IMG/VR virus record: IMGVR_UViG_3300037962_000518
Coordinates: 7,960 to 71,959 of that record
Source of the DNA: a virus
Taxonomy: Duplodnaviria; Heunggongvirae; Uroviricota; Caudoviricetes
DNA length: 64,000 nucleotides
Strand: one strand, 5' to 3'
Positions 55,079-64,000 of this stretch are shown here, piece after piece; positions within the stretch are counted from its first letter, which is position 1; every line of letters starts with the position of its first letter. A program made the position numbers and the translations under genes. The notes below the pieces were generated by a model that worked only from the letters and a program-made list of their open reading frames with translations, made no database searches and had not been told where the DNA came from.

Positions 55079-55681
55079 ATGACAATTGGCAGACGTGGTA
55101 GAAAATTAGATAAGAAAGTAAGTGAGGAGGTGATGAAAAAGGTTAGGGTAGATATTCCTGATCTTGGGCAAGGTTGTCCTGATGGTGCAGAGGGTTTCTT
55201 TGCCACTCATATAGTTCACTTTAACAAGCTTCAACAGATGATGGCTAAAATGCAGCCTGATATTCAGAAGCTAATCAAGATTCAAGTAAAAGATATTCTG
55301 GAAAGTTTAGATCCTAAGAATATCGGTAAATCTAGAGAGATTAAGATTCCTAACCCTCAATTCAATCCTAAAGAGAAAAGAACTGATTCTGATACAAGTC
55401 CTTGCAAAGGGGATAATCCTTTCTGGATGACATCTTATGAAAGTGTTTATGATAGAGATAGATTCCGTCCTAATGTGGTTGAAAATGCTAAGAATATGCT
55501 TCTTAGTAATAATAAGGAGATTGTACAAGAGTACAAAATGGCTTTGCAAGAAATTTATAAGGCTGCTGATGAATTTGCTAAGGAGAAGGAAGGGCTTGAA
55601 GAGGGTAAGGGTGCTGATGTTGGTGAGAAGGGTAAAAGTGAAACTTCCTCTAGTCTGATGGGAGATGAGTGGATTAATTAG
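55079..55681 (+). CDS. Putative terminase small subunit (200 aa)
   Basis: Assigned by position only: last gene before the endonuclease insert and terL. No motif evidence. Confidence 0.3.
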   Translation: MTIGRRGRKLDKKVSEEVMKKVRVDIPDLGQGCPDGAEGFFATHIVHFNKLQQMMAKMQPDIQKLIKIQVKDILESLDPKNIGKSREIKIPNPQFNPKEKRTDSDTSPCKGDNPFWMTSYESVYDRDRFRPNVVENAKNMLLSNNKEIVQEYKMALQEIYKAADEFAKEKEGLEEGKGADVGEKGKSETSSSLMGDEWIN

Positions 55682-55693
55682 GAGGTTATAGTA

Positions 55694-56872
55694 TTGGATA
55701 AAATTATAAAACAAGACCATGAGGAATTTAAAGTAGGTTGTAAGTCTCCTTATAACCATAAGCACACTTATCTAGGTTTTAATGAAGGTTATAGCAGTTA
55801 TAAGAGATTTTTCTTACAATGTTCTGAATGCGCTAAGGATCCAGAACAGTACGGCGAAGGTATTTTTAAGGTAACAATAAGAACTCTACGCAAGGGAGAT
55901 TCTTGCTATTGCAGTCCAAAAGGTTTAAAACCAAATAAGAGTCATTACGATATCAGAATAAAAAGATTATGTCAAGAGTATGGTTATACTTTTAATGGTT
56001 ATATGACTGAAGATGTGAAGAGTAATACTAAGATCAATATTACTTGTAATAAGGGACATACTTATGATAGCACTTCAGTCAGTAAGTTCTTATCTACGGG
56101 TAGAAAGTGCCCTAAGTGTGCTGGAAATTATAAACGTAATTATAACGAAGATAAAGTTCTTAAGAAGATCGTTAATGCAAGAGGGGATAAATACACTTAC
56201 AAAGGTTTAGATAAAGTCACTAATAATCGTGATAAGTTTACGGCGATATGTCCTGTACACGGTTCTTGGCAAACAGATCTTTATCATCATACTGTTCGTA
56301 AACAGGACTGTCCCCATGAAGATTGTTGTTTTACTAAAATATCTGAAGTAAAGGCAAGCAATACCGAAGATTTTGTATCGAAATGTAAAATTGTACACGG
56401 AGATAGATACGACTATACGGAGACTATTTACGATAGAGTTTTTAAAGATGTAACCATACGTTGCTTAAACTGTAATAAATATTTTACTCAGAAGGCGTCC
56501 GATCATTTAAGTGGTTGTGGTTGTAATTTGTGCAGGTGCGATAAACAACGGCAGATTTATATATTTGTGATAAAAGATGGTAATACTCCTATAGCTATTA
56601 AAACAGGACGAGCTGTTGATTACAAGACTAGACTGAACAGACAATCTAGTAATTCTATTTATGAAGTAGAGGTGTTATCAGTCTGGGTGACAAAAGATTA
56701 TGATTCATGTAAGAAAATAGAGGGTTATATAAACACTAGTTTTAAGGGTAAGTATCTCTCCGTAGAAGAATATAAAGATGGTTACTCAGAAACACGTTCC
56801 CTTACATATATAGATGAGATCTGTAATTATTTAGATAATAATTGTAAGAGGTTACCTAAAGATGAGTTATAA
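55694..56872 (+). CDS. Homing-endonuclease-like protein (Zn-ribbon repeats + C-terminal T5orf172/GIY-YIG-like domain) inserted between terS and terL
   Basis: Three repeats of C..(G/H)..Y(D/T)Y...C..C modules, then IYIFVIKDGNTPIAIKTGRAVDYKTRLNR resembling the T5orf172 (GIY-YIG-related) domain. Confidence 0.45.
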   Translation: MDKIIKQDHEEFKVGCKSPYNHKHTYLGFNEGYSSYKRFFLQCSECAKDPEQYGEGIFKVTIRTLRKGDSCYCSPKGLKPNKSHYDIRIKRLCQEYGYTFNGYMTEDVKSNTKINITCNKGHTYDSTSVSKFLSTGRKCPKCAGNYKRNYNEDKVLKKIVNARGDKYTYKGLDKVTNNRDKFTAICPVHGSWQTDLYHHTVRKQDCPHEDCCFTKISEVKASNTEDFVSKCKIVHGDRYDYTETIYDRVFKDVTIRCLNCNKYFTQKASDHLSGCGCNLCRCDKQRQIYIFVIKDGNTPIAIKTGRAVDYKTRLNRQSSNSIYEVEVLSVWVTKDYDSCKKIEGYINTSFKGKYLSVEEYKDGYSETRSLTYIDEICNYLDNNCKRLPKDEL

Positions 56873-58460
56873 ATGCAAAGAGGATGTAAGACCACAAAAG
56901 GGTAGGCAATCTGAACTCTTTAAGATGATTGCCAACCAAGAAGCAGACTTTTATTTGGTAGGTGGTAGTCGATTCGGAGGTAAGAGTGAAGTAATATCTA
57001 TGGTGGACTTACTCTTCGCTCATGACCCTAAATACAGAAGTATAAAATTTAGAAAAAAATACGATGAAATTATGGGAGCCAATTCCTTATGGGAGAAGGC
57101 TGAAAACCAGTATACATTTTTTGGAGCAAAACCACATAAGTCTGAAAAGTATTGGACTTTCCCTTCTGGAGCTAAAACATTTTACCGACATATGTACCAT
57201 GATGGTGAAGAGGAAACACACCGTGGTAAAGGTTATTCTGCTGTAATTTTTGATGAGATAAACCAGTTTTCTTGGGATCAAGTAAAAATGTTACAGACGT
57301 GTCTTCGTTCTGAAGCAGATATGAATAGCTTTATGATCGGCACTTTGAACCCAGATAGGTCATCTTGGTGTATGGATTTTGTGGAATATTATCTTGATCC
57401 TAAAACGGGATTCCCAGATCTAGATAAGTGTGGTGAGATAAGACATTACTTGATAGTTGACGGGAAACCCGTATTTGGACCAAATGAAGAATTTTTTAAA
57501 GAAAAGTATTATGATTTAGTTTATCCAATAACTAACTTGGAGACAGAAGAAAGAACTTATGTAAGACCTAAAAAGTTCGTATTTTATTTCTTTAATATCT
57601 TTGATAACGAAATTGGTATGAAGCTTAACCCTCAATATCTTAGTGAACTTAACAGTTTACCTGAACATGAAAGACAGACACAACTTTTCGGTAACTGGTT
57701 TGCAGAGCCTAAAAATTCTACTATGTTCAATAGGGATATGCTTAAGGGTTTGAAACCCACTGAACCAACTCCTGTAATACCTGAAGATGCAATTTGTGTA
57801 CGAGCATGGGATAAAGCTTATAAAGAACCATCTGAATCCTATATGTATCCAGATTATACTGCAAGTGTTCAGATGTGGAAGGATAAATTGTGCAACTTAT
57901 ATATAACTGGTAACTTTGATCCAGATCTTCATGATCCTGTAAAGCAAGGAGAAGATAAGATATACGGGAGGTTTCGTAAGAACGTGGGTGTCAGAAATGA
58001 CTGGATGCTTCGTCAAGCTGAATATGATGGACGAGAGTGTACAGTAGTTATACCAAAGGAAAACGGAGCTGGGGCAGGAGAGTTTGAACAGCTAAGGGCA
58101 ATGTTTAAAGATGCCAACTTCAAAGTAGAGGGTGCAGAAACAGGGAATAAAAAGAATGGTAAGGCTTTAAGGTTCGCAACATTCTGCGCTGAAGCAGAGC
58201 AGGGAATGGTATATATTTTACCAGAAACATTTGGAAACAAAGCTACGCTAAACGCTTTCCTTACAGAACTTGAAAAATTCAATCCAGACCCTAACGGTAA
58301 ATGGAGATCTACTAACACTATTAAAGATGATTGGGTTGACGTTGTTAGTGATTGCACGATAATATTACAGAAGAAGAAAATCATCAAACCTTTCAACCTC
58401 CCAGATTGTACTTCTGCAACTACTAAAACTTATGCATACAAGAAATCTGTAGGAAGATAG
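56862..58460 (+). CDS. terL: Terminase large subunit
   Basis: YLVGGSRFGGKSEV Walker A ATPase motif near the N-terminus, a C-terminal nuclease-like half, and position immediately upstream of the portal gene. Confidence 0.75.
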   Translation: MSYKCKEDVRPQKGRQSELFKMIANQEADFYLVGGSRFGGKSEVISMVDLLFAHDPKYRSIKFRKKYDEIMGANSLWEKAENQYTFFGAKPHKSEKYWTFPSGAKTFYRHMYHDGEEETHRGKGYSAVIFDEINQFSWDQVKMLQTCLRSEADMNSFMIGTLNPDRSSWCMDFVEYYLDPKTGFPDLDKCGEIRHYLIVDGKPVFGPNEEFFKEKYYDLVYPITNLETEERTYVRPKKFVFYFFNIFDNEIGMKLNPQYLSELNSLPEHERQTQLFGNWFAEPKNSTMFNRDMLKGLKPTEPTPVIPEDAICVRAWDKAYKEPSESYMYPDYTASVQMWKDKLCNLYITGNFDPDLHDPVKQGEDKIYGRFRKNVGVRNDWMLRQAEYDGRECTVVIPKENGAGAGEFEQLRAMFKDANFKVEGAETGNKKNGKALRFATFCAEAEQGMVYILPETFGNKATLNAFLTELEKFNPDPNGKWRSTNTIKDDWVDVVSDCTIILQKKKIIKPFNLPDCTSATTKTYAYKKSVGR

Positions 58461-58539
58461 TAGCCGATTGTAAACAATATAATACTGTGTTATAATCAAT
58501 ACTATATTGAACAGAATAATTACATAGAAGGAAAGTTTA

Positions 58540-60033
58540 ATGGCAAAAGAATCCGTTAAGCCTCCTAAAACCACCCGCCAACAGCGTCAAGCTTCTAAGC
58601 AAGTATCTACTGCTGCAATTGAATTTGTAAGAAAGCAGATTGATATTCTAAAGCCTTTTGAACTTTCTAGAACACAACGTTTAGAAACATTTCAAGCTAT
58701 GATGCAAGATGACGCTGTTGCAACCTGTTTTGCAGCAAGGACAATGGCTGTTGCAAAAGCTCAAGCCAAAGGAAGTTTCGAGTATGATGAAAATTCTGAA
58801 GAATCTAAACGTTTAAAAGATTTTCTAGAATATAACATGAGAAACTTAAGAGATTATCAATCTACTCTCACAATAGGTATGGCAGCAAGTCATATGATTA
58901 GAGATGGTTGGTCTCCTTTTGAAATGGTTTTTGAAGATGGTACTAAAGATTGGGAAGGTTTTTGGAAGCTTAAGAAATTAGCTTATATACATCCACTAAG
59001 TCTGGATAAGTCTAAACCTTGGCAAGTCGCTGTTGGTGGTGATAGGATTTCTTATCTTAGACAATTACCCCAAGCTTTCCAAGGAAGTAATGGTGTTAAT
59101 AGCTACAGTTATACAGGATGGGCTGGAGTAAAAGAAATAGACTTTAATAGAGTTTGTTATTCTTCATACTCATCTACTTCATCACAACCTATGGGTCAAA
59201 GTGCATTTGAAGCAGCTTATATCCCTTGGAAAGAGAAACAACTTTTACAAGACCTTACTTTAATAGGTGTTCAAAAAGATTTAGCTGGTATGCCAATATT
59301 AGGTGCTCCTTCTCAACTTCTTATAGCTGCAGAAGAAAACCCAGATGGTCCAGAAGCTAGAATGATTGAGCAGATGAAAGATAATCTTGCAAACCTTCAT
59401 GCTGGTGATCAGGCATACTCTATCCTACCAACAGATACTCATAGTGAAAACGGTTCTGGTCAGAAGCAGTTTGAACTTAAATTCCAAGGTATTGAAGGTG
59501 GTGGTAAGAACTTTGAAATTGCAGAACTTGTTGAACAAAGAAGACGTGCAATATTTAGTGCGTTCGCATGTTTAAATATCATTTCTGGTGAAAACGGTGG
59601 TGGTTCTTACAACCTTTTAGAAGGACAGTCTTCTATACAAGCTCACTTTGTTGAACTGGATAATATGGTTGTTGATAATATGTTCAACAAACAAGTGTTT
59701 CCTCTTCTTCTAAAGTTGAATGGATGGGAATATAAAGACTCTGATCTACCTGTTTGGAAGTCTGGTGAAATACAACCAATATCTATTGACGAAGCTGGTA
59801 AGTATTTACAAAGGGTTAAAATCTTCCTTCCTGCACACAGTAGTGTTGTTAACCATGTATTGAAAACTGCTGGAATCAATTACCGCATAGAAGATGATCT
59901 ATCTCCTGACGAAATTCGAGAGTTAATGTTTGGATTTGAGGACAACTCTGGAGAAGGTGATGGGTCTAGTGGGACAGGTGATTCTCAATCTGGAGGTTCT
60001 TCCTCAGATAATAATAATGAGAATGTCTCATAG
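58540..60033 (+). CDS. Portal protein
   Basis: 497-aa gene between terL and the prohead protease. Acidic Gly/Ser-rich C-terminal tail is common in portals. No motif check was possible. Confidence 0.6.
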   Translation: MAKESVKPPKTTRQQRQASKQVSTAAIEFVRKQIDILKPFELSRTQRLETFQAMMQDDAVATCFAARTMAVAKAQAKGSFEYDENSEESKRLKDFLEYNMRNLRDYQSTLTIGMAASHMIRDGWSPFEMVFEDGTKDWEGFWKLKKLAYIHPLSLDKSKPWQVAVGGDRISYLRQLPQAFQGSNGVNSYSYTGWAGVKEIDFNRVCYSSYSSTSSQPMGQSAFEAAYIPWKEKQLLQDLTLIGVQKDLAGMPILGAPSQLLIAAEENPDGPEARMIEQMKDNLANLHAGDQAYSILPTDTHSENGSGQKQFELKFQGIEGGGKNFEIAELVEQRRRAIFSAFACLNIISGENGGGSYNLLEGQSSIQAHFVELDNMVVDNMFNKQVFPLLLKLNGWEYKDSDLPVWKSGEIQPISIDEAGKYLQRVKIFLPAHSSVVNHVLKTAGINYRIEDDLSPDEIRELMFGFEDNSGEGDGSSGTGDSQSGGSSSDNNNENVS

Positions 60034-60116
60034 TAATATTTAATAAGAATCGTTACTGTTTGCATAAGCGGTAACATCGTGTTATAATTAATTTAAATAG
60101 TTAGTTAAGGAATAAT

Positions 60117-61535
60117 ATGTCTAAAGCACATAAACTTCCTCGCTTATCTAAATCTCTCCTTGAGACTCCCCAATTAATCACAGAAGCAAAGTTTAGAGAA
60201 ATTGCTGAAGTTCTTGACAATCGTGAATTACTTAAATCTTATCAAGAAGGTATGTTCTTATCTGATGATGACGATAAAGAGTATATGTCTAGTAATTTAG
60301 ATGGTCAATCTATTGGAGTTCTTGAAGTTGAAGGTCCACTTACATATAAACCTACAGGATGGGAAGCCCTTTGCGGTGGATGTAGTTATGTAAGCTTGAT
60401 TGAACAAATGGAAGGTTTTGCTAAAGCGGGTGTTAAAACTGTTCTGATGCAAATCAATAGCGGTGGCGGGCAAGGTTTTCGTATGATTTACTCTGCGAAT
60501 AAGCTACGTCAGATTGCAGATGATAATGATATCCGATTAATTGGTTATGTGGATGGAATGGCTGCTTCTGCGGCATTAGGTCTTGGTGTTGCATGTCATG
60601 AATTGATTGCTAATCCAGAGTCTGATGTTGGTTCGGTAGGTGTTGTTGTATCACTAATCAATGATTCAGAGAAGCTTAAAAAGGAAGGTATTAACCGTCA
60701 GTTTATCACTGCTGGTAAAGAAAAAGTTCCGTTCGATAAAGAAGGTGCTTTTAAAGATGAATTCCTTTCCGATATCCAAGATAAAGTAGACACTCTCTAT
60801 GAGAAGTTTACGACTCATGTTGCCACTATGCGCAGTATGAATGTCCAAGATGTTATTGATACAGAAGCTAAAGTATTTAAAGCAGAAAAAGCTTTAGAGA
60901 TTGGCTTTATTGATAAGATTATGGAAGAAGATGAATTCCTAGAATATTTAGGTGCTTCTTGGAATAAAGAAGATAAAGAAGAAAACTCTCCATCAGGAGT
61001 TGAAAAACAACAAAAAGACAACGAGGAAATTTCTATGTCTAAAGAGGATTTATCGACTCCTGTAGTTGATACTCAAGAAAATGCTGACGTTATGAATGTA
61101 GATGCTAAAGCAGCCGCTGATCTACAAGCACAATTAGCAGCAATGCAAGCTGAACTTGAAAGTTATAAAACTAAAGAGATTTCAGCTAAGAAAGATTCTT
61201 TGGAAAAAGAATTATCACAACATGCTTTCCTAGCAAATACTCAAGAAGCTCTTGTTGGTTTCTTAATGAGTGATGTAGAGGACAGCTATAAAGAATTACT
61301 TAATACTGTTGTAGCAGATGCTGCTGCTGAAGTAAACACTCTTACAGAAAAATTAGAACAACAAGAGACTACTTTCAAAACAGAAAAACAATCTTTAGAA
61401 ACTAAGATGAATGATATCAAAACTACTTTTGCCAATGAAGAACAAAAAGCAGATGAAAGTGATGTTATCGCTGAGCATCTAAGTATCGAAGAGCAATTAA
61501 AAGCTAATGTTCATAAAGTTAAGAACAAACAATAA
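60117..61535 (+). CDS. Prohead protease (ClpP/S49-like) fused to scaffold-like coiled-coil domain
   Basis: N-terminal LMQINSGGGQ...GMAASAALGLG...HELI (ClpP-like Ser and His region). The C-terminal 250 aa is Ala/Glu/Lys/Gln-rich coiled coil. Confidence 0.65.
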   Translation: MSKAHKLPRLSKSLLETPQLITEAKFREIAEVLDNRELLKSYQEGMFLSDDDDKEYMSSNLDGQSIGVLEVEGPLTYKPTGWEALCGGCSYVSLIEQMEGFAKAGVKTVLMQINSGGGQGFRMIYSANKLRQIADDNDIRLIGYVDGMAASAALGLGVACHELIANPESDVGSVGVVVSLINDSEKLKKEGINRQFITAGKEKVPFDKEGAFKDEFLSDIQDKVDTLYEKFTTHVATMRSMNVQDVIDTEAKVFKAEKALEIGFIDKIMEEDEFLEYLGASWNKEDKEENSPSGVEKQQKDNEEISMSKEDLSTPVVDTQENADVMNVDAKAAADLQAQLAAMQAELESYKTKEISAKKDSLEKELSQHAFLANTQEALVGFLMSDVEDSYKELLNTVVADAAAEVNTLTEKLEQQETTFKTEKQSLETKMNDIKTTFANEEQKADESDVIAEHLSIEEQLKANVHKVKNKQ

Positions 61536-61548
61536 GAGGAAATAAAAC

Positions 61549-61917
61549 ATGGCTACTTTAACTCGTCCACAAGTGGTGTTACGTGCTCTTCAAGGTGAAG
61601 GTACTGGCGATGCAATGGTTAATACAAGCAAAACATTAACTAAAACTGCTACTATGACACATGGTACTCTGTTAAAAGCAGATGGTACTGAAGCTGCTGA
61701 TGCAGATATTACAAATGGTGACGTTGTATACGTAATTGATGATCTATTAGTTGATGAACTAGAAACAGGTGATGAAGGTTTAGTTCGTTTAGTTGAACAA
61801 CTAGATTGGGTTATCTTCCGTCCAGAACAACTACGTGTAGGTTCTACACCACTTTCAGGCGCACAGCTTACTGCGTTTGGTAAACGTTACCAAGCTTCTA
61901 CTGAAGCAGTACTTTAA
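61549..61917 (+). CDS. Putative head decoration / minor head protein (122 aa)
   Basis: Strong AAGAGGAAA RBS; position between the protease/scaffold and the capsid gene. Confidence 0.35.
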   Translation: MATLTRPQVVLRALQGEGTGDAMVNTSKTLTKTATMTHGTLLKADGTEAADADITNGDVVYVIDDLLVDELETGDEGLVRLVEQLDWVIFRPEQLRVGSTPLSGAQLTAFGKRYQASTEAVL

Positions 61918-61944
61918 TAATAAGAATAATAAGAGGAAATTATA

Positions 61945-62985
61945 ATGGCAGATTTACGTTTTGGTGATCAAGGTTTAATTAACTTTACACCACTAATGAC
62001 TCTAATGCCTCGTGTGGAGAACATGTTAGAGCGTATGGGTATCTTTTCTGTAGACTTTACGGATGAAGATAAAGTAGAGTTTGAACGAATTGAAATCGGT
62101 TATGACGAGATGTATGCGGTTGCTCGTGGTGCTGATCGTCAAGTAGCTGGTGATAACCAAGCTAAAACAGCAATCCTACGTATGCCTTTCTTCACACTTG
62201 ATAAAATCATCAAGCCAAAAGATGTACATGCTTTACGTGCTTTTGCAACAGCAACAGACCCTGAAACTGTACAATCTAAAGCAGAACGTGTTATTGCTCG
62301 TGTACAGAAGTCTCATGCACGTTTACACCAAAAGATTATGTATCAAGCGTTAAAAGGTAGTACTTGGGCGCAAGATAAAGACGGTAACCCAGTACCAAAC
62401 TTACAGAAGACTTTCCAATCTATGTTTGATGTTGCGGATGCTGACATGTACAATGGTGCTGCAGGTGGTGCTAAGTCTTACGATTTAACAGATGCTGCTT
62501 CAAACCCTGCTGATGAATTTGAAAAAGTTCGTAAGCATGTTATCGACAAAGCAGGTGACGAAGGTGACAACTATGAGATTGTTGCTGTATTAGGTAGTGA
62601 TGCATTCACAGCTCTTAAGAATCACCCTGATTTCGTTGAAGCTTATGCAAACTATGCGTCTGAAGAAGAGCCTCTTCGTCGTCGTCTAGGTGGTCTTGCT
62701 AATAACCGTGTACTTCGTTGGCAAGGTGTTACGTACGTTGAAGACATTTCTGGTGAAATTCCTACTGATGAAGGTTATTTCTTCCCTCGTGGTTTTGATG
62801 AAATGTTCCAGCTTATGTATGGTAAGAGTGACACAATCGATGCTGAGAATGGTGATGAAGAAATTTCAGAAGCATACTTATATGTTACTACTGAACGCCG
62901 CCGTCAAATCGTTGAGAGTGAAGCTAGTATTGTAGCTGTTAATACACGCCCAGAATTGGTAGCGCACTATACGTTCACTGTATAA
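61945..62985 (+). CDS. Major capsid protein
   Basis: 346-aa gene with AAGAGGAAA RBS, directly after the protease/scaffold/decoration genes and followed by a strong terminator (typical of a highly expressed capsid gene). Confidence 0.6.
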   Translation: MADLRFGDQGLINFTPLMTLMPRVENMLERMGIFSVDFTDEDKVEFERIEIGYDEMYAVARGADRQVAGDNQAKTAILRMPFFTLDKIIKPKDVHALRAFATATDPETVQSKAERVIARVQKSHARLHQKIMYQALKGSTWAQDKDGNPVPNLQKTFQSMFDVADADMYNGAAGGAKSYDLTDAASNPADEFEKVRKHVIDKAGDEGDNYEIVAVLGSDAFTALKNHPDFVEAYANYASEEEPLRRRLGGLANNRVLRWQGVTYVEDISGEIPTDEGYFFPRGFDEMFQLMYGKSDTIDAENGDEEISEAYLYVTTERRRQIVESEASIVAVNTRPELVAHYTFTV

Positions 62986-63008
62986 TATTGATTTATAAAG
63001 ATAAAATA

Positions 63009-63037
63009 AAGAGAAGCTTAATCGCTTCTCTTTTTAT
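63009..63037 (+). terminator. Intrinsic terminator after the capsid gene
   Basis: AGAGAAGC-ttaat-CGCTTCTCT hairpin followed by TTTTTATT. Confidence 0.7.
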
Positions 63038-63101
63038 TAGTGTATTTAATTATAAAAGTATATTAATAAAAAGAGAAACAAATTAATAAGAGAGAATAAA
63101 G

Positions 63102-63593
63102 ATGGAAAGTTTATATTTTAAAGGTCACGTACCATTCTACTACTGGTTAATTGACAACGGTATTGATATCGATGTTATGGCTAGTTTGAAAGGTTATCGT
63201 TTTTCATTAGTTATTGGTGGAAAGAATAAATTTAATAGATCGCTAGTTGGAATGTTATCAGAAATAAATAAGATCTCTAATCTTAATATTGATGAAAACA
63301 AGTCAATGATTAAAGGTAAAAACGGTTACTTAATAGTTTTCAAAGGTAACGAAGAATCTGAGTCTTCTGAGGAAATTGTTGAAGAAGTTGTAGAATCTGT
63401 AGAAGCTATTGAAGTTTCTGAGGATAGCGTAACCTTAGATGAAGATAAGATTAATTCTTTTCTAGAGGAATCTTCTTCAAAGAAGGAAGCTAAGTCTAAA
63501 TTAGAAGACTATGCTAAAGAAGTTTTCAATGTAGAATTAGATAAACGAGCTTCTTTTGAGAACATGTTAGAAATATTAAAAGAATCTATTTAA
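63102..63593 (+). CDS. Hypothetical acidic protein (163 aa)
   Basis: ORF; Glu/Ser-rich middle region. Confidence 0.45.
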   Translation: MESLYFKGHVPFYYWLIDNGIDIDVMASLKGYRFSLVIGGKNKFNRSLVGMLSEINKISNLNIDENKSMIKGKNGYLIVFKGNEESESSEEIVEEVVESVEAIEVSEDSVTLDEDKINSFLEESSSKKEAKSKLEDYAKEVFNVELDKRASFENMLEILKESI

Positions 63594-63601
63594 TGATATT
63601 A

Positions 63602-63625
63602 AGCCCACCGAGAGTGGGCTTTTTT
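63602..63625 (+). terminator. Intrinsic terminator AGCCCAC-cgaga-GTGGGCT-TTTTT
   Basis: Seen directly. Confidence 0.7.
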
Positions 63626-63640
63626 GTATTAGTATTTTAC

Positions 63641-63967
63641 CTATTTTCTAAACACACCTTTCTCATATAAATCAATATTCTTACCTAAACAGTACCCATA
63701 TATGAAGGAGAATGATACCAAAGTAAAATCTTTTACCTTATCATATGTGTTACAAGCTTCTGTAAGCACTTTAAAGGTGTTTTCATCTATCTCCATAGCT
63801 TCATAGTTATCGGTTGTGAAAAACTTCTTGAAACCTTCCCTGAAGTCTCTATTCTTTAAAAATTTACCCTTCTTACCAAGTGTTACATAAAATTTATCTT
63901 GTACTTCATATGTACACAATACTGGGTGAAAATATTCGCCTTTAGCTATTAATGTCTTAGATTTCAA
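63641..63967 (-). CDS. Hypothetical protein (108 aa)
   Basis: ORF convergent with the head module. Confidence 0.45.
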   Translation of the reverse strand: MKSKTLIAKGEYFHPVLCTYEVQDKFYVTLGKKGKFLKNRDFREGFKKFFTTDNYEAMEIDENTFKVLTEACNTYDKVKDFTLVSFSFIYGYCLGKNIDLYEKGVFRK

Positions 63968-64000
63968 AATTATACCTTTATCTTCAACTTTAATAACTTC

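Noticed and set aside
8558-62935. Numerous 60-150 aa ORFs lying antisense to or nested within longer genes
   Set aside because: Examples are 8558+, 9976+, 10773+, 15189+, 16048-, 18006+, 23174+, 23674+, 25613+, 26103+, 28537+, 35096+, 37611+, 40950+, 44352+, 45034+, 46229+, 47042+, 47590+, 50512-, 54318-, 55307-, 55437+, 56207-, 57064+, 57087-, 58013-, 58365-, 59387+, 59643-, 60666-, 60815-, 62150+, 62690+. All are embedded in well-supported genes on the opposite strand or in another frame, lack RBSs, and show the skewed composition typical of shadow ORFs in AT-rich DNA.

Overview
This window appears to be part of the genome of a large, AT-rich virulent phage, most likely infecting a low-GC Gram-positive host. 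The evidence is a terminase, portal, ClpP-like prohead protease/scaffold and major capsid module at about 55-63 kb, alongside phage-type nucleotide-metabolism genes. The layout is: (i) a short rightward cluster of tiny genes at 290-887, whose junctions share a conserved motif. (ii) A roughly 1.9 kb non-coding region (900-2806) dense in palindromes and direct repeats, ending in a consensus sigma-A-like promoter. (iii) A very long leftward block (43.6 kb down to 4.4 kb) of early and middle genes. It includes class Ib ribonucleotide reductase (NrdH-fused NrdE plus NrdF), DHFR, a thymidylate-synthase homologue, an ATP-dependent DNA ligase, a PhoH-like ATPase, a Dam-like methyltransferase, two non-structural ClpP-like proteins, a GH108 lysozyme-like protein, an SPFH/flotillin-like protein, a pol-beta-type nucleotidyltransferase, a DUF1937 protein and a protein with an N-terminal acyl-carrier-protein domain. 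It also carries many homing-endonuclease-like genes (GIY-YIG, HNH, and a family with an AP2 domain) and a decayed IS607-family element that retains a TnpB gene. (iv) A leftward operon of four small membrane proteins followed by a 773-aa repeat-rich beta-helix protein that looks like a tail fibre. (v) A rightward block with a NADAR (YbiA-like) protein, a Pif1/RecD-like helicase fused to a DUF2493 (SLOG-like) domain, a DnaQ-like exonuclease, a promoter-driven non-coding stretch with a non-canonical tRNA-Gly(UCC)-like element, and then the head morphogenesis module. A T5orf172/GIY-YIG-like endonuclease sits between the small and large terminase genes. Several consensus TTGACA-N16-18-TATAAT-type promoters and intrinsic terminators separate the transcription units. 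All calls rest on motif recognition by eye; I did not run any database search.
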